54,287 nucleotides of DNA from Pseudomonadota bacterium (GCA_043806955.1 JAZDGK010000066.1:1-54287), one strand, 5' to 3'; shown: positions 37,241 through 46,577, counted from the stretch's first letter. Program-made: numbers and translations. The notes: a model not told the origin generated them from the sequence alone.

Positions 37241-38184
37241 CAGCCCAATGCCCGTTGATACACTTTTTCGAGTACTTCTCTTGCTCCCATATCGAGGATT
37301 TCTTCAGCAAGTGAGATCCCCAGTTTTTCTGCTTCAGAAACGGAACCGGCCGCCATTTTTCTAAAAAGAAGGGTACCGTCCGGGTCAGCGACTATCCCGT
37401 GCAGAATGAGCTCCTTGCCATCTACCTTTGCATACGCCCCGACAGGCACCTGGCAACCGCCTTCCAGCCTTTTTAAATAGGCTCGTTCGGCCCTTAGGGC
37501 CAAAGCAGTCTCAGAATGATTCAGAAAAAAAATGGACTCCAGAAACTCTCCATCGTCGCGCCTCACCTCCATCCCGAGGGCGCCCTGGCCGATTGCCGGC
37601 AGCATAATTTCAACAGGCAGGAATTCCGTTATTCTCGCTTCCAGAGACATCCGGTTTAATCCGGCTGCGGCTACAATCACACCGGCAAGGGATTCGGTGG
37701 TGACCTTTCTGAGACGTGTGTCGAGATTGCCGCGAATGGAAACGACTTCCAGGTCCTTTCTGAAGGCAAGAAGCTGCGCCTTCCTGCGCAGACTGCTCGT
37801 GCCGATGCGAGCGCCGGAAGGGAGGTCGCCCAGTTTCCGGCCGTCACCGGAGATAAATACATCGCGGGGATCTTCTCTCAAAGTAACGATTCCGATATCG
37901 AGCTCGGAGGGCAAGTCGGTGGGGACATCCTTCATGCTGTGGACGGCAAGATCGATTTCTTTCCGCACCAAGGCATCTTCGATCTCCTTTACAAAAAGGC
38001 CTTTGCCGCCGACGTTGGCCAGAGGCACATCAAGGATCTTGTCTCCTTTGGTCGTGATCTTGATCAACGTTGCCCGCGATCCCGGCAAACCAGCCTCGAT
38101 CTGATCCTTAACCCATGTAGCCTGTGTCAGCGCCAATGCGCTTCCGCGCGTGCCTATACGTATATTTTTAAGATCAACTGACAC
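37240..38184 (-). CDS. hemC: hydroxymethylbilane synthase
   Basis: IRIGTRGSALALTQA and SLRGNLDTRL-type motifs, 314 aa. Confidence 0.95.
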   Translation of the reverse strand: MSVDLKNIRIGTRGSALALTQATWVKDQIEAGLPGSRATLIKITTKGDKILDVPLANVGGKGLFVKEIEDALVRKEIDLAVHSMKDVPTDLPSELDIGIVTLREDPRDVFISGDGRKLGDLPSGARIGTSSLRRKAQLLAFRKDLEVVSIRGNLDTRLRKVTTESLAGVIVAAAGLNRMSLEARITEFLPVEIMLPAIGQGALGMEVRRDDGEFLESIFFLNHSETALALRAERAYLKRLEGGCQVPVGAYAKVDGKELILHGIVADPDGTLLFRKMAAGSVSEAEKLGISLAEEILDMGAREVLEKVYQRALG

Positions 38185-38292
38185 TTGTTACGCTCCAATC
38201 CTGATTTGGCGGCTGCGTATTGCAGTTCCGTCTGAGTAGATCATTGCAGGATAGCTGTGACAAGTCCACCTTGACAGTTCGCCGTTCACCTA

Positions 38293-38454
38293 GGAGGCTG
38301 TCCGATGACTGGGATCGTAGCGAGGGAAGTGGAGGACGGTCCCAAATATTCACGGATTTGAGGGACAATAGTGGACCTATGGCCCGAAAATCCGGGGATA
38401 TTTGGGGCGTCATCCCACTTTCCGCAGTAGATCGCCAGTTGTCGGACAGCCTCC
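38293..38454 (+). repeat. RA element, divergent subfamily copy
   Basis: ggaggctgtccga...tcggacagcctcc. The core gaagtggagga...attcacg...ggggatatttgg is conserved with the other RA copies. Confidence 0.8.
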
Positions 38455-38529
38455 CAGGGTAAGAAGTGACCCGAATATGTTGCGCATTATCGGTGAACGG
38501 ATAACGGTCAATGGTCAACGGTCAACATT

Positions 38530-38748
38530 TCAATGGCATGTGCTGCACGACTTGCTCGAACAGCTTGAGCAGCCGCTCGAACTCGCTGTGCTTGTAAACT
38601 TGCTTCCGCTCTTGAACGCACAGGCCGACATCAGTCTTTCCAGATGAGTGCCGTGACACTTCGGGCAGACTACGGTATCCGACTTTCCAAATACCAGTCT
38701 TTCGAAGTCTGCGCCGCAGTCACAGCAGTGAAATTCAAAAATGGGCAT
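38530..38748 (-). CDS. FmdB-family zinc-ribbon protein
   Basis: MPIFEFHCCDCG...CPKCHG followed by a Ser/Cys-rich tail. The longer ORF to 38907 was rejected because it reads through repeats. Confidence 0.75.
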   Translation of the reverse strand: MPIFEFHCCDCGADFERLVFGKSDTVVCPKCHGTHLERLMSACAFKSGSKFTSTASSSGCSSCSSKSCSTCH

Positions 38749-38875
38749 TTTCCCCTTTTCTCCTTTTTTCGTGACACGGGTTACGTGCGTTTCACAGCCG
38801 AGGGCGGCTGTGCCACACATTCCGCACTCCGTTGTCCCCGCGTCACCGCGTCTCCATGTCTCCGCGTCCCTCTTC

Positions 38876-39862
38876 TCATTCCGCACTCCGCACTCCGCAT
38901 TCCGCACTATCTCTGATTCCCAGCTCTTCCATTATCGCTGCGGCAAGCAGCGGCACCATTATCTCGTGATGGCCGACAAGACTGTAACCCCTGCCGCCTT
39001 CTTTCGTTGGCCGTGAGACAACGTTTGTCATCGGACGATAATGACGTATGAAATCCATGTTTACAGCGCAAAAATCCCTGACGGTGTGTCCCAGATTCCG
39101 GGCAAGACTCAGTGCTTTCAAGAAGACCTCCGGCAATATAACCGCAGAACCGATATTGAAAAAGACTCCGCCCTCCAGCATGGAAACCAGGCTGCAAAGC
39201 ACTCGGAAATCATGGAGGCTCGTCTTTCCTAAAGCTGAACCGTCTGCTTTCGGATGCATATGAATAATATCGGTGCCCAAAGCGACATGAACAGTAACGG
39301 GAATGGAGAGTCCGGCTGCCGTGCCGAGCAGACTCAAATGCTTATATGGCAGCCCGCTCACCATGATCTGCTCGCCCACGGATTCTCCCAGGCCGATATC
39401 CTTGTCAGCCCCTGTCGCCACGGCATCGTTTATGAAGGCGGCAGTCTCCTCGGCCATGCCAAAGTCTCCGGAACCCAGCACAGCACTGACGTCTTCCGAT
39501 GTCCGCGCAACCATCGCCACTTCGACATCATGGATAACGCAGGCGCCGTTCATCGCTATGGCCGAGATTATTCCGTTTTCCATTAATGAGATCAGGACAG
39601 GGTTCAATCCCACTTTGATGACATGAGCGCCCATGGCCAGAATGACGGGCCTTTTGTTTCGAACAGAAGAGGCTACCTCGTTAACGATTGCACGCAAATC
39701 ATTCCCGGCAAGAATGGAAGGAAGCCCCTGAAGAAATCCGGCAAAGCTCTTCCCGGCAAAGATTGGCTTCCCGAAGTTCTCCTGCGAGACCTTGCTCTGT
39801 CTTTCTGTGAGGCTGTAAGTCTTCAGCTTTCCGACATCAATCGGACCGGGTTTTGATTTCAT
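38876..39862 (-). CDS. deoxyhypusine synthase-like family protein
   Basis: GAHVIKVGLNPVLISLMENGIISAIAMNGACVIHDVEVA and the overall Rossmann layout resemble bacterial DHS-like proteins. The last roughly 12 codons are encoded by a heptamer array. Confidence 0.55.
   Translation of the reverse strand: MKSKPGPIDVGKLKTYSLTERQSKVSQENFGKPIFAGKSFAGFLQGLPSILAGNDLRAIVNEVASSVRNKRPVILAMGAHVIKVGLNPVLISLMENGIISAIAMNGACVIHDVEVAMVARTSEDVSAVLGSGDFGMAEETAAFINDAVATGADKDIGLGESVGEQIMVSGLPYKHLSLLGTAAGLSIPVTVHVALGTDIIHMHPKADGSALGKTSLHDFRVLCSLVSMLEGGVFFNIGSAVILPEVFLKALSLARNLGHTVRDFCAVNMDFIRHYRPMTNVVSRPTKEGGRGYSLVGHHEIMVPLLAAAIMEELGIRDSAECGVRSAE
38878..38907 (-). repeat. heptamer array (ccgcact/ccgcatt type) inside the 3' end of the DHS-like ORF
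   Basis: attccgcactccgcactccgcattccgcac translates on the minus strand as SAECGVRSAE. Confidence 0.8.
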
Positions 39863-39889
39863 GTAAAGAATTCCGGGAGTTTATTGGTT

Positions 39890-40239
39890 CTAAGGGCTTG
39901 CTCAGAAATAAATTGGCATTTTAGGCGTTCAGATTTAGGTCGGATTTGTTCGATCCGAGGCTGCAAAACCAGAGGAGCCTGTCGGACTTACGATGATCTA
40001 CTGCGGAAAGTGGGATGACGGCCCAAATATCCCCGAATTTTCGTTGCATAGCAACACTATGCGCCTCAACTTCGTGAATATTTGGTCTCGTCCTCCACTT
40101 CCCTCGCGACGATCTCCTAAGTCCGACAGGCTCCTTGGAATAGTCGTTCTATTTCGAGAATTTTGCAGTTGAGGATCGGACGAAGCCGGCCTGAAGCCGG
40201 GATGCATAAAAAGCCAAGTTATTTCTGAGCATGCCCTAA
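39890..40239. repeat. RB element carrying a nested RA element
   Basis: Both RB arms are intact. RA is inserted at the hairpin apex. The right terminus supplies the gmhA stop codon. Confidence 0.85.
39974..40139 (-). repeat. RA element nested in RB
   Basis: Perfect ggagcctgtcggactta / taagtccgacaggctcc termini, 166 bp. Confidence 0.85.
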
Positions 40240-40826
40240 TGCGGGCCTTGAAAGAGAATATGATCCACCAGTTCACAAAGCACATGGCCGCAAAAACCAT
40301 GCGCCTCCTGGATACGGGGGACCTTGATGGAAGAAACAATAAGTGGAATATCCACAATTTGAGCCACCTTCCCACCGTCTCTGCCGGTTAGAACAACCGT
40401 TTTTATTTCAATCCCTTTTGCTGTTTCCAGAGCCTTGATCACATTGGGTGAATTCCCGCTTGTAGTAATGCCCAGGACAACGTCGCCCCTGCGCCCAAGG
40501 GCCTTAACTTGCTTGCTGAAAACATCTTCAAAAGAATAATCATTGGCTATACTGGTCAGGATGGAAGTATCGGTTGTCAGAGCTACGGCTGGAAGTGGTT
40601 CTCTTTCTATCAGGAAACGGTTGACAAATTCTGCGGCAATATGTTGGGCATCGGCAGCACTCCCTCCATTCCCGAACAGAAGCAGCTTTCCCCCACTCCG
40701 GAAAGTCTCCGCAATGATCATTGCCGTTTCTTTAATCCGCTGCAGATTATCCAGTATGAATTGCCTCTTGACGCTTATCGAGTCTTCCAGGCTTTTTTCA
40801 ATGATTTGGTCCATTTTTCTCTCCAT
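40236..40826 (-). CDS. gmhA: D-sedoheptulose-7-phosphate isomerase (SIS domain)
   Basis: LLLFGNGGSAADAQHIAAEF and ITTSGNSPNV motifs, 196 aa. Confidence 0.85.
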   Translation of the reverse strand: MERKMDQIIEKSLEDSISVKRQFILDNLQRIKETAMIIAETFRSGGKLLLFGNGGSAADAQHIAAEFVNRFLIEREPLPAVALTTDTSILTSIANDYSFEDVFSKQVKALGRRGDVVLGITTSGNSPNVIKALETAKGIEIKTVVLTGRDGGKVAQIVDIPLIVSSIKVPRIQEAHGFCGHVLCELVDHILFQGPH

Positions 40827-40882
40827 TCAGCCGTTTCACAATAATATTTTTGTTAAAGGGTGTCAATGTGTAACCGTTCACC

Positions 40883-41046
40883 GGGGTGCAAGTAGAAGTG
40901 GGACTATGGCCGTTTGGAACACTGTTGAATCAAGCCAATGTTGAGAAAACATCCCATGTGGCACAGTCGCCTCGGCTGTGCTACATGACCATGACCTGAA
41001 TGTATAAAAGGGGACCTGACATCCAGTCCCACTTCTGCTTGCACCC
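40883..41046. repeat. RH element nested in the left end of RD
   Basis: ggggtgcaagtagaagtgggact ... agtcccacttctgcttgcaccc. Confidence 0.85.
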
Positions 41047-41153
41047 CCGTTCACCGTTGTCCGTAAAAACTCGCAAGAATCGAGTCCATACAACCTCAAA
41101 AGCGTCTTCTTGGCAAAGAGTCACGGTGATCGCGTATTCCCTTTCGGTCTCTG

Positions 41154-41316
41154 GGAGCCTGTCGGACTTAGGGTGATCTACTGCGGAAAGTGGAGGGAAC
41201 GGCCCAAATATCCCCGACTTTGTCGTTACATAGCAACACTATGCGCCTCAAATTCGTGAATATTTGGCCTCGTTCCTCCACTTCCTCGTGACGATCCCCT
41301 AAGTCCGACAAACTCC
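41154..41316 (-). repeat. RA element nested in RD
   Basis: ggagcctgtcggacttaggg ... ccctaagtccgacaaactcc. Confidence 0.85.
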
Positions 41317-41468
41317 TGGTCCCCGATGCCAAGAGACGAGGAACCGGAGACCACGAGCCAAATATTACCTGAAAAGCGCGAGGAACGTCTTTTCGGTCAA
41401 CGGTGAACGGATACGTCAATGTCAATACCTTGCTCAAATTCACCGCCTGTATTCGGTACACTGAGATG

Positions 41469-41633
41469 TTAAGGGTCTGTCACGGAATAAGTTGCGCAAT
41501 TCTGAGTGCTGAGGCACCCGTCTGGCAAGGCGCGATGAGGGCGCATACCGGGAGTATGCAACCGACGAGCAACGCAGCCGGACGGGATGGATCGGCGCTC
41601 AGAATGCCCAAGTTATTTCGTGACAGGCCCTAA
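41469..41633. repeat. RC-like element (distinct subfamily)
   Basis: Termini are ttaagggtctgtcacggaataa / ttatttcgtgacaggccctaa. The interior is unrelated to RC. Confidence 0.7.
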
Positions 41634-41859
41634 GAGTCTGTTTCGAATTTCGAATCTCGTCCGGCTGTATAGGTCTGCATTCTCTCAATTTGCGGCCATC
41701 TGACCTTCCCGTCCCCGGACGGGAAGGACAGATGGTATTCCTTATAAAAATAATCAAAGAATCGTAGTGGGTCTCTTTTTTTGTTGAAATTATATTCATT
41801 ATATGCTATCGATCCCGCAACTGTAGCATGTATGCGGGATTCCGGGCGCAACAACAGAC

Positions 41860-42034
41860 TGAGGGCTTGCTCAGAAATAAATTGGCATTTCAGGCGCTCA
41901 GATTTAGGTCGGATTTGTTCGATCCGAGACTGCAAAACCGGAGGAATAGTCGTTCTATTTCGAGGATTTTGCAGTTGAGGATCGGACGAATCTGGGATGC
42001 ATAAAGAGCCAAGTTATTTCTGAGCAAGCCATAA
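41860..42034. repeat. RB element (intact)
   Basis: tgagggcttgctcagaaataa ... ttatttctgagcaagccataa. Confidence 0.85.
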
Positions 42035-42094
42035 GGCAACAATGGGTACAAACAAAGGGCTTTAACCTAAATCCAAAAAGGGGGATAAATAGCT

Positions 42095-42367
42095 ATGACA
42101 AAGGCGGAACTGGTAGCAAAAGTAGCTGATGATGTTGGACTGAAAAAGGTGGAAGCGGAAAAGACGATTAATTCTCTCCTAGGCACCCTGAAAGAAGTGC
42201 TGAAGAAGGAAGGGAGAATGGCCCTGGCTGGTTTTGGCACGTTTAGCGTGACAAAACGTAAGGCCAGAACGGGACGTAATCCTCAGACCGGGCAGCCGAT
42301 CAAGATCAAAGCCGGCAAGGCCATAAAGTTCAAAGCCGGCAAGGCGTTGAAGGCTTTCATAAAATAG
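42095..42367 (+). CDS. hup: HU family DNA-binding protein
   Basis: MTKAELV...GFGTFSVTKRKARTGRNPQTGQPIKI, 90 aa. Confidence 0.95.
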   Translation: MTKAELVAKVADDVGLKKVEAEKTINSLLGTLKEVLKKEGRMALAGFGTFSVTKRKARTGRNPQTGQPIKIKAGKAIKFKAGKALKAFIK

Positions 42368-42389
42368 CGGACTGTTATTGATGTTGAGA

Positions 42390-42427
42390 AAAAGGCAGGC
42401 ATTTTCTCAATGTCCTGCCTTTTTCTT
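42390..42427 (+). terminator. rho-independent terminator of hup
   Basis: Stem aaggcagg/cctgcctt (42392-99 / 42414-21) followed by a T-rich run. Confidence 0.7.
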
Positions 42428-42433
42428 TGGCTG

Positions 42434-42771
42434 GGAGTCTGTCGGAATTATGGGGATCGTCACGAGGAAGTGGAGGAACGAGGCCAAATATTCACGAATT
42501 TGAGGCGCATAGTGTTGCTATGCAACGAGAATTCGGGGATACTTGGGCCGTTCCCCCCCACTTTCCGCCGTAGATCATCCCTAATGGAGCCGGAACATGC
42601 TAATATACCGTGCATAGGTCAATGTCCAATATCGAATGCTCAATGTCCAAGGTCCAAGGTATTTGCTCCTGATTGGAAATTGGTTATTGAACATTGGACA
42701 TTGGACATTGATCCTAAAACGGTATATTGGAAACTTCTAAGTCCCTAAGTCCGACAGACTCCTTGACAAGG
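42434..42771 (+). repeat. RA element carrying a nested RE element near its right end
   Basis: ggagtctgtcggaatta...core...gtagatcatccctaa[insert]ctaagtccgacagactcc. Confidence 0.8.
42597..42744. repeat. RE element nested in RA
   Basis: atgctaatataccgtgcataggtcaatgtccaatatcgaatg...cattgatcctaaaacggtatattgg is homologous to 22832-22995. Confidence 0.75.
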
Positions 42772-42799
42772 TGCTCTCATCAACATAGATTTAATCCAC

Positions 42800-43519
42800 A
42801 TGGAAGAAGGAAGAACGAAACAATTGCAGACTTTGGAGAAGCGGGTCCTCTATTCTTTTGAAAATAAGGAATTACTAAATCAGGCCCTCACGCACAGATC
42901 ATACAGCCATGAAAAAACATCCAGGCCTGAAGACAATGAATGTCTTGAATTCCTGGGCGATGCCGTACTGGGCCTGATCATCAGTCACATCCTCTATTCC
43001 CGGTATCAGAGTTATGAAGAGGGCGCGCTGTCGCAGCTAAAGGCCAGCCTGGTAAGCGAGGGCCGGCTCGCCCAGCTCGCAAAAAAGCTTGGGCTGGGCA
43101 AATATCTTTTTCTCGGAAGAGGTGAAGAACTGTCGGGTGGCAGAGCTAAGAATTCGATTCTCGCCGATACGTATGAGGCGCTTCTTGCGGCCTTGTATCT
43201 CGATGGAGGGATCGAGCCGGTCCACAAGCTTGTGCAGAAGCACTTCTTGCCGCTTCTTCCCGACTCTATCAGCAAGGAATTGATCCTTGATTATAAGAGC
43301 CGCCTCCAGGAGTATACACAGGAGGACCTCAAGGCGATACCGGAGTACGTAATACTTAAGGAATCAGGGCCGGAACACCAGAAACAGTTTACCGTGGGAA
43401 TAAGACTTAGTGGTAAAATGATGGCAAGAGGATCGGGTAAAAGCAAAAAAATCGCCGAACAAAAAGCGGCAAGAGCTGCTTTGAAAAAGATTACGGCGGC
43501 GAAGGAGGAGGAGAGCTGA
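42800..43519 (+). CDS. rnc: ribonuclease III
   Basis: NECLEFLGDAVL signature and a C-terminal dsRBD (GSGKSKKIAEQKAA). Confidence 0.95.
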   Translation: MEEGRTKQLQTLEKRVLYSFENKELLNQALTHRSYSHEKTSRPEDNECLEFLGDAVLGLIISHILYSRYQSYEEGALSQLKASLVSEGRLAQLAKKLGLGKYLFLGRGEELSGGRAKNSILADTYEALLAALYLDGGIEPVHKLVQKHFLPLLPDSISKELILDYKSRLQEYTQEDLKAIPEYVILKESGPEHQKQFTVGIRLSGKMMARGSGKSKKIAEQKAARAALKKITAAKEEES

Positions 43520-43633
43520 TTTTCTTTCTTTTCCTGAGTTCCTGATTAAACATTGGTTCTGCTTCGGTTTGTTTCTTTCGGGCGCCCGGACTGTCGCCGC
43601 CCTATCAAAATCCCGTTTTCCGGTTATTAAGCG

Positions 43634-44644
43634 ATGCCCCCTTATGTAATACCGGTTTTTATCCCCCATCAGGGATGCCCGCAAAGATGCATCTTCTGTG
43701 ATCAATCGATCATTACCGGAAACTCCGGTCCGTTCCGTCCGGAAACCGTGTCGGCCCTGATCGAGGCCGGTCTGAAGAGGAAACGCAAAGAGAGCAGGTC
43801 GGAAGTGCAGGTAGCCTTTTATGGCGGAACATTCACAGGCATCGATCCCGGCATACAGGAGACCATACTCTCCATAGGCAAAGAATTCTGCGAAAAAGGA
43901 GCGGTAAATTCACTCCGTCTGTCAACAAGACCGGACTATATAAGTCCGGACACAATATCCCGGCTTAAAAAGTTTCCGGTGGAAACTGTGGAGCTGGGTG
44001 TACAGTCGATGAATGACGACGTTTTGGCTCTGGCGCGTCGCGGCCATTGTGCGGCAGACAGTATTCGCGCCGTAAGCGCACTCAAGGCCGCCGGTTTTCA
44101 TGTGGGCATTCAGATTATGATCGGCCTGCCCGGTGAACCGGAGAACGGATTGCCCGCAAATTTAGGCCCCCTGTTTGATTGCGGGCCGGAATTCCTCCGG
44201 ATATATCCGACTCTGGTCCTCAAAGGAACTATATTGGCCGGGATGTACAGGAGTGGAGCGTACAAGCCTTTGGAACTTCAACGAGCGATTGATATATGCG
44301 GGAAGATCTACCTCTTTTCCCGAGCGAAGAATGTGCGAGTCGTGCGAATGGGTTTACAGCCGGACACAAGTCTGGAGCGGAGTATTATCGATGGACCTTA
44401 CCATCCCGCATTCGGTGAAATGGTGAAAGCTGAAGTCCTTAAGAACGACATTCTGAAGGAACTGGTTTTTCTTCAGGGCTCGGCCAAGGCACATTTGCGG
44501 GTCTCGCCATTCGATCTATCCTTGCTGACAGGTTCCAAACGGAGGGTATGGCACGAGCTCGAACGAGTTTGCAGGATTCAGTCGCTGAAAGTCAGTACCG
44601 ATTACAGACTGGGCCGTGGAGAATTTCATGTCGGTTGCCAATGA
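43634..44644 (+). CDS. radical SAM protein (ELP3/TIGR01212-like, function unknown)
   Basis: IPHQGCPQRCIFCDQ CxxxCxxC motif, 336 aa. It overlaps the era start. Confidence 0.8.
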   Translation: MPPYVIPVFIPHQGCPQRCIFCDQSIITGNSGPFRPETVSALIEAGLKRKRKESRSEVQVAFYGGTFTGIDPGIQETILSIGKEFCEKGAVNSLRLSTRPDYISPDTISRLKKFPVETVELGVQSMNDDVLALARRGHCAADSIRAVSALKAAGFHVGIQIMIGLPGEPENGLPANLGPLFDCGPEFLRIYPTLVLKGTILAGMYRSGAYKPLELQRAIDICGKIYLFSRAKNVRVVRMGLQPDTSLERSIIDGPYHPAFGEMVKAEVLKNDILKELVFLQGSAKAHLRVSPFDLSLLTGSKRRVWHELERVCRIQSLKVSTDYRLGRGEFHVGCQ

Positions 44645-45527
44645 TTTCAAGTCCGGGTATGTGGCCATAATCGGCCCGCCCAACGTCGGAAAGTCCACCT
44701 TTCTTAACCGTGTACTGGGGCAGAAGATTGCCATCGTCTCTTCCCGCCCGCAGACCACCCGCACCAGGCTCCTCGGGATACATACCGAGCCGGGATACCA
44801 GTTAGTCTTCATTGACACGCCCGGTATTCACAGGCCCAAAAGCACTCTGGGCCAGACTATGGTCCAAACGGCGTTAGACAGTCTGCGTGAAGCAGACGTC
44901 GTTCTCCTGATACTGGACGCAAAAAATCCCTCTCCCGAAAATGCGATGCAACTTTTGCTCGACGAGCTGCGTTCCACCTCAAGCCCGGCGATACTGGTCC
45001 TCAACAAAGTGGACCTTGTCAGGAAGGACACCCTCTTACCGCTGATCGAAAAATACAAGAAGCTTTATGATTTCAAGGCCATCGTGCCCGTATCCGCTTT
45101 GACCGGAGAAAATCTGGACAGGCTTCTGAATGAAATCCTCAACTATACTCCCCAGGGAGAGCCTTATTTCCCCCCGGAAACCATTACGGACCAGCAGGAA
45201 AGATTCCTTGCCGCTGAGATGGTTCGCGAAAAGGTATTCGAGTTTACCGGCCAGGAAATCCCGTACGCCACTGCGATAATAATTGACGAATTCAAGGAAC
45301 TCCCCGAAAAACACCTCGTATCGATATCGGCCACAATTCTCGTGGAAAAGACTTCTCAAAAAGGAATAATGATCGGCAAGGGTGGCAACCTTCTGAAGCG
45401 GATCGGTGAGGCCGCAAGAAAAGATCTGGAGATTATGCTGGATTCGAAAGTGTTTTTGCGCCTGTGGGTCAAGGTGCGAAAGGATTGGTCAAACAGTCCG
45501 GAGATCCGCAAAGAAATGGGATTCTGA
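44628..45527 (+). CDS. era: GTPase Era
   Basis: GPPNVGKST, DTPG and NKVD motifs with a KH domain. An alternative GTG start lies at 44616. Confidence 0.95.
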   Translation: MSVANDFKSGYVAIIGPPNVGKSTFLNRVLGQKIAIVSSRPQTTRTRLLGIHTEPGYQLVFIDTPGIHRPKSTLGQTMVQTALDSLREADVVLLILDAKNPSPENAMQLLLDELRSTSSPAILVLNKVDLVRKDTLLPLIEKYKKLYDFKAIVPVSALTGENLDRLLNEILNYTPQGEPYFPPETITDQQERFLAAEMVREKVFEFTGQEIPYATAIIIDEFKELPEKHLVSISATILVEKTSQKGIMIGKGGNLLKRIGEAARKDLEIMLDSKVFLRLWVKVRKDWSNSPEIRKEMGF

Positions 45528-45607
45528 AGAGCCTCCGGCAAAACTCTGTTTCGTGTTTCGAGTTAAGAAAACCCAGAACGCTCAACCAGAAAAATGAAAG
45601 GGTTTCT

Positions 45608-45696
45608 ATGATGTTAACACGCAACTCGTAACCCGTAACCTGAGCATCGATTACGAGTGAGAGCACGAAGCAAAGACGGGACTTTTGCAGGAGGCT
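45608..45696. repeat. RJ repeat
   Basis: Reverse complement of 9983-10079. Confidence 0.75.
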
Positions 45697-45817
45697 CAAA
45701 ATGTCTCGGCTTTTCCGATACCGGCTCCTGACTTCTGAGCATGGGAGGCGAAATAACCAAGGCTGTTGTGAGCTATGAGAGATGAGTTCTCACATTGGTA
45801 CATGTAAGAATCTAAAT

Positions 45818-46435
45818 ATGACCGCCGTAATCCTGGCTGGCGGAAAGAGTAAGCGCATGCAGACCAACAAGGCATTGCTTACTTTTCACAGGAAACCGAT
45901 GGTGTCCCATATCTCTGAACTTCTGCACGGCATTTTCGATGATATAATAGTTGTAGCAAGTAATATATTGGACTACAGCTCCGCCGGGGTTACGACCGTA
46001 ACCGATCTCATCAAGGATAGAGGGCCTCTTGGCGGATTGTATACAGGGCTCTTCTACGCGCCAGGATCTCATGTCTTTGTAGTCGGCTGCGACATGCCTC
46101 TTTTGAACCGGGAAGTAATCCGATATCTCATAAATCAGGTCAATCCCTCACTGGACGTTATTGTTCCGTTGCTTCCCGGCGGATACGAACCTTTGCACGC
46201 GGTCTATTCGCGAAAATGCCTCAAATTGATTGAGACTCATCTCAGGTATGAAAAATTAAAGATCACGGCCCTTTATGACCGGCTTCGGATCAAGGCCGTG
46301 GTTGCAGGGGAGTTCGATCAGTTTGACCCCATGGGAATATCCTTTTTCAATGTGAACAGTCCTGAAGACTTTGCCCGCGCCCAGTTGCTCTCTCAAGGTT
46401 TGCTCGGTACGGCTCCACGAAAACATGTACCCTGA
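45818..46435 (+). CDS. mobA: molybdenum cofactor guanylyltransferase
   Basis: MTAVILAGGKSKRM...GPLGG...CDMP motifs. Confidence 0.85.
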   Translation: MTAVILAGGKSKRMQTNKALLTFHRKPMVSHISELLHGIFDDIIVVASNILDYSSAGVTTVTDLIKDRGPLGGLYTGLFYAPGSHVFVVGCDMPLLNREVIRYLINQVNPSLDVIVPLLPGGYEPLHAVYSRKCLKLIETHLRYEKLKITALYDRLRIKAVVAGEFDQFDPMGISFFNVNSPEDFARAQLLSQGLLGTAPRKHVP

Positions 46436-46436
46436 A

Positions 46437-46577
46437 TAGACGGACCCTGATAGGCGGGGTTTTCTAACCCCGCCGAGAATGGATGGTTCCGTTGCGGGGC
46501 GGCCCTGGAAAGGGCCGCCTATCCGAAGGGCTGGAAAGCCTGCGTATTATGGGTGCTTTATTCTGTGGATCTGTACT
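46437..46577. repeat. RI element lacking its left end
   Basis: It shares ataggcggggttttctaaccccgcc...ggccgcctatcc...tgtggatctgtact with 28843-29022. It starts immediately after the mobA stop. Confidence 0.75.

Larger units (their letters stand above)
40870..41414. repeat. RD element carrying nested RH and RA elements
   Basis: gtaaccgttcacc[RH]ccgttcaccgttgtccg ... [RA] ... cggtcaacggtgaacggatac. Confidence 0.75.

Noticed and set aside
40874-41055. 9-nt direct repeat ccgttcacc flanking the RH element, as a possible target-site duplication.
   Set aside because: The canonical RD left end already contains ccgttcaccgtt twice in tandem (see 5195-5222). The flanking repeat is therefore pre-existing host sequence rather than a demonstrable duplication.
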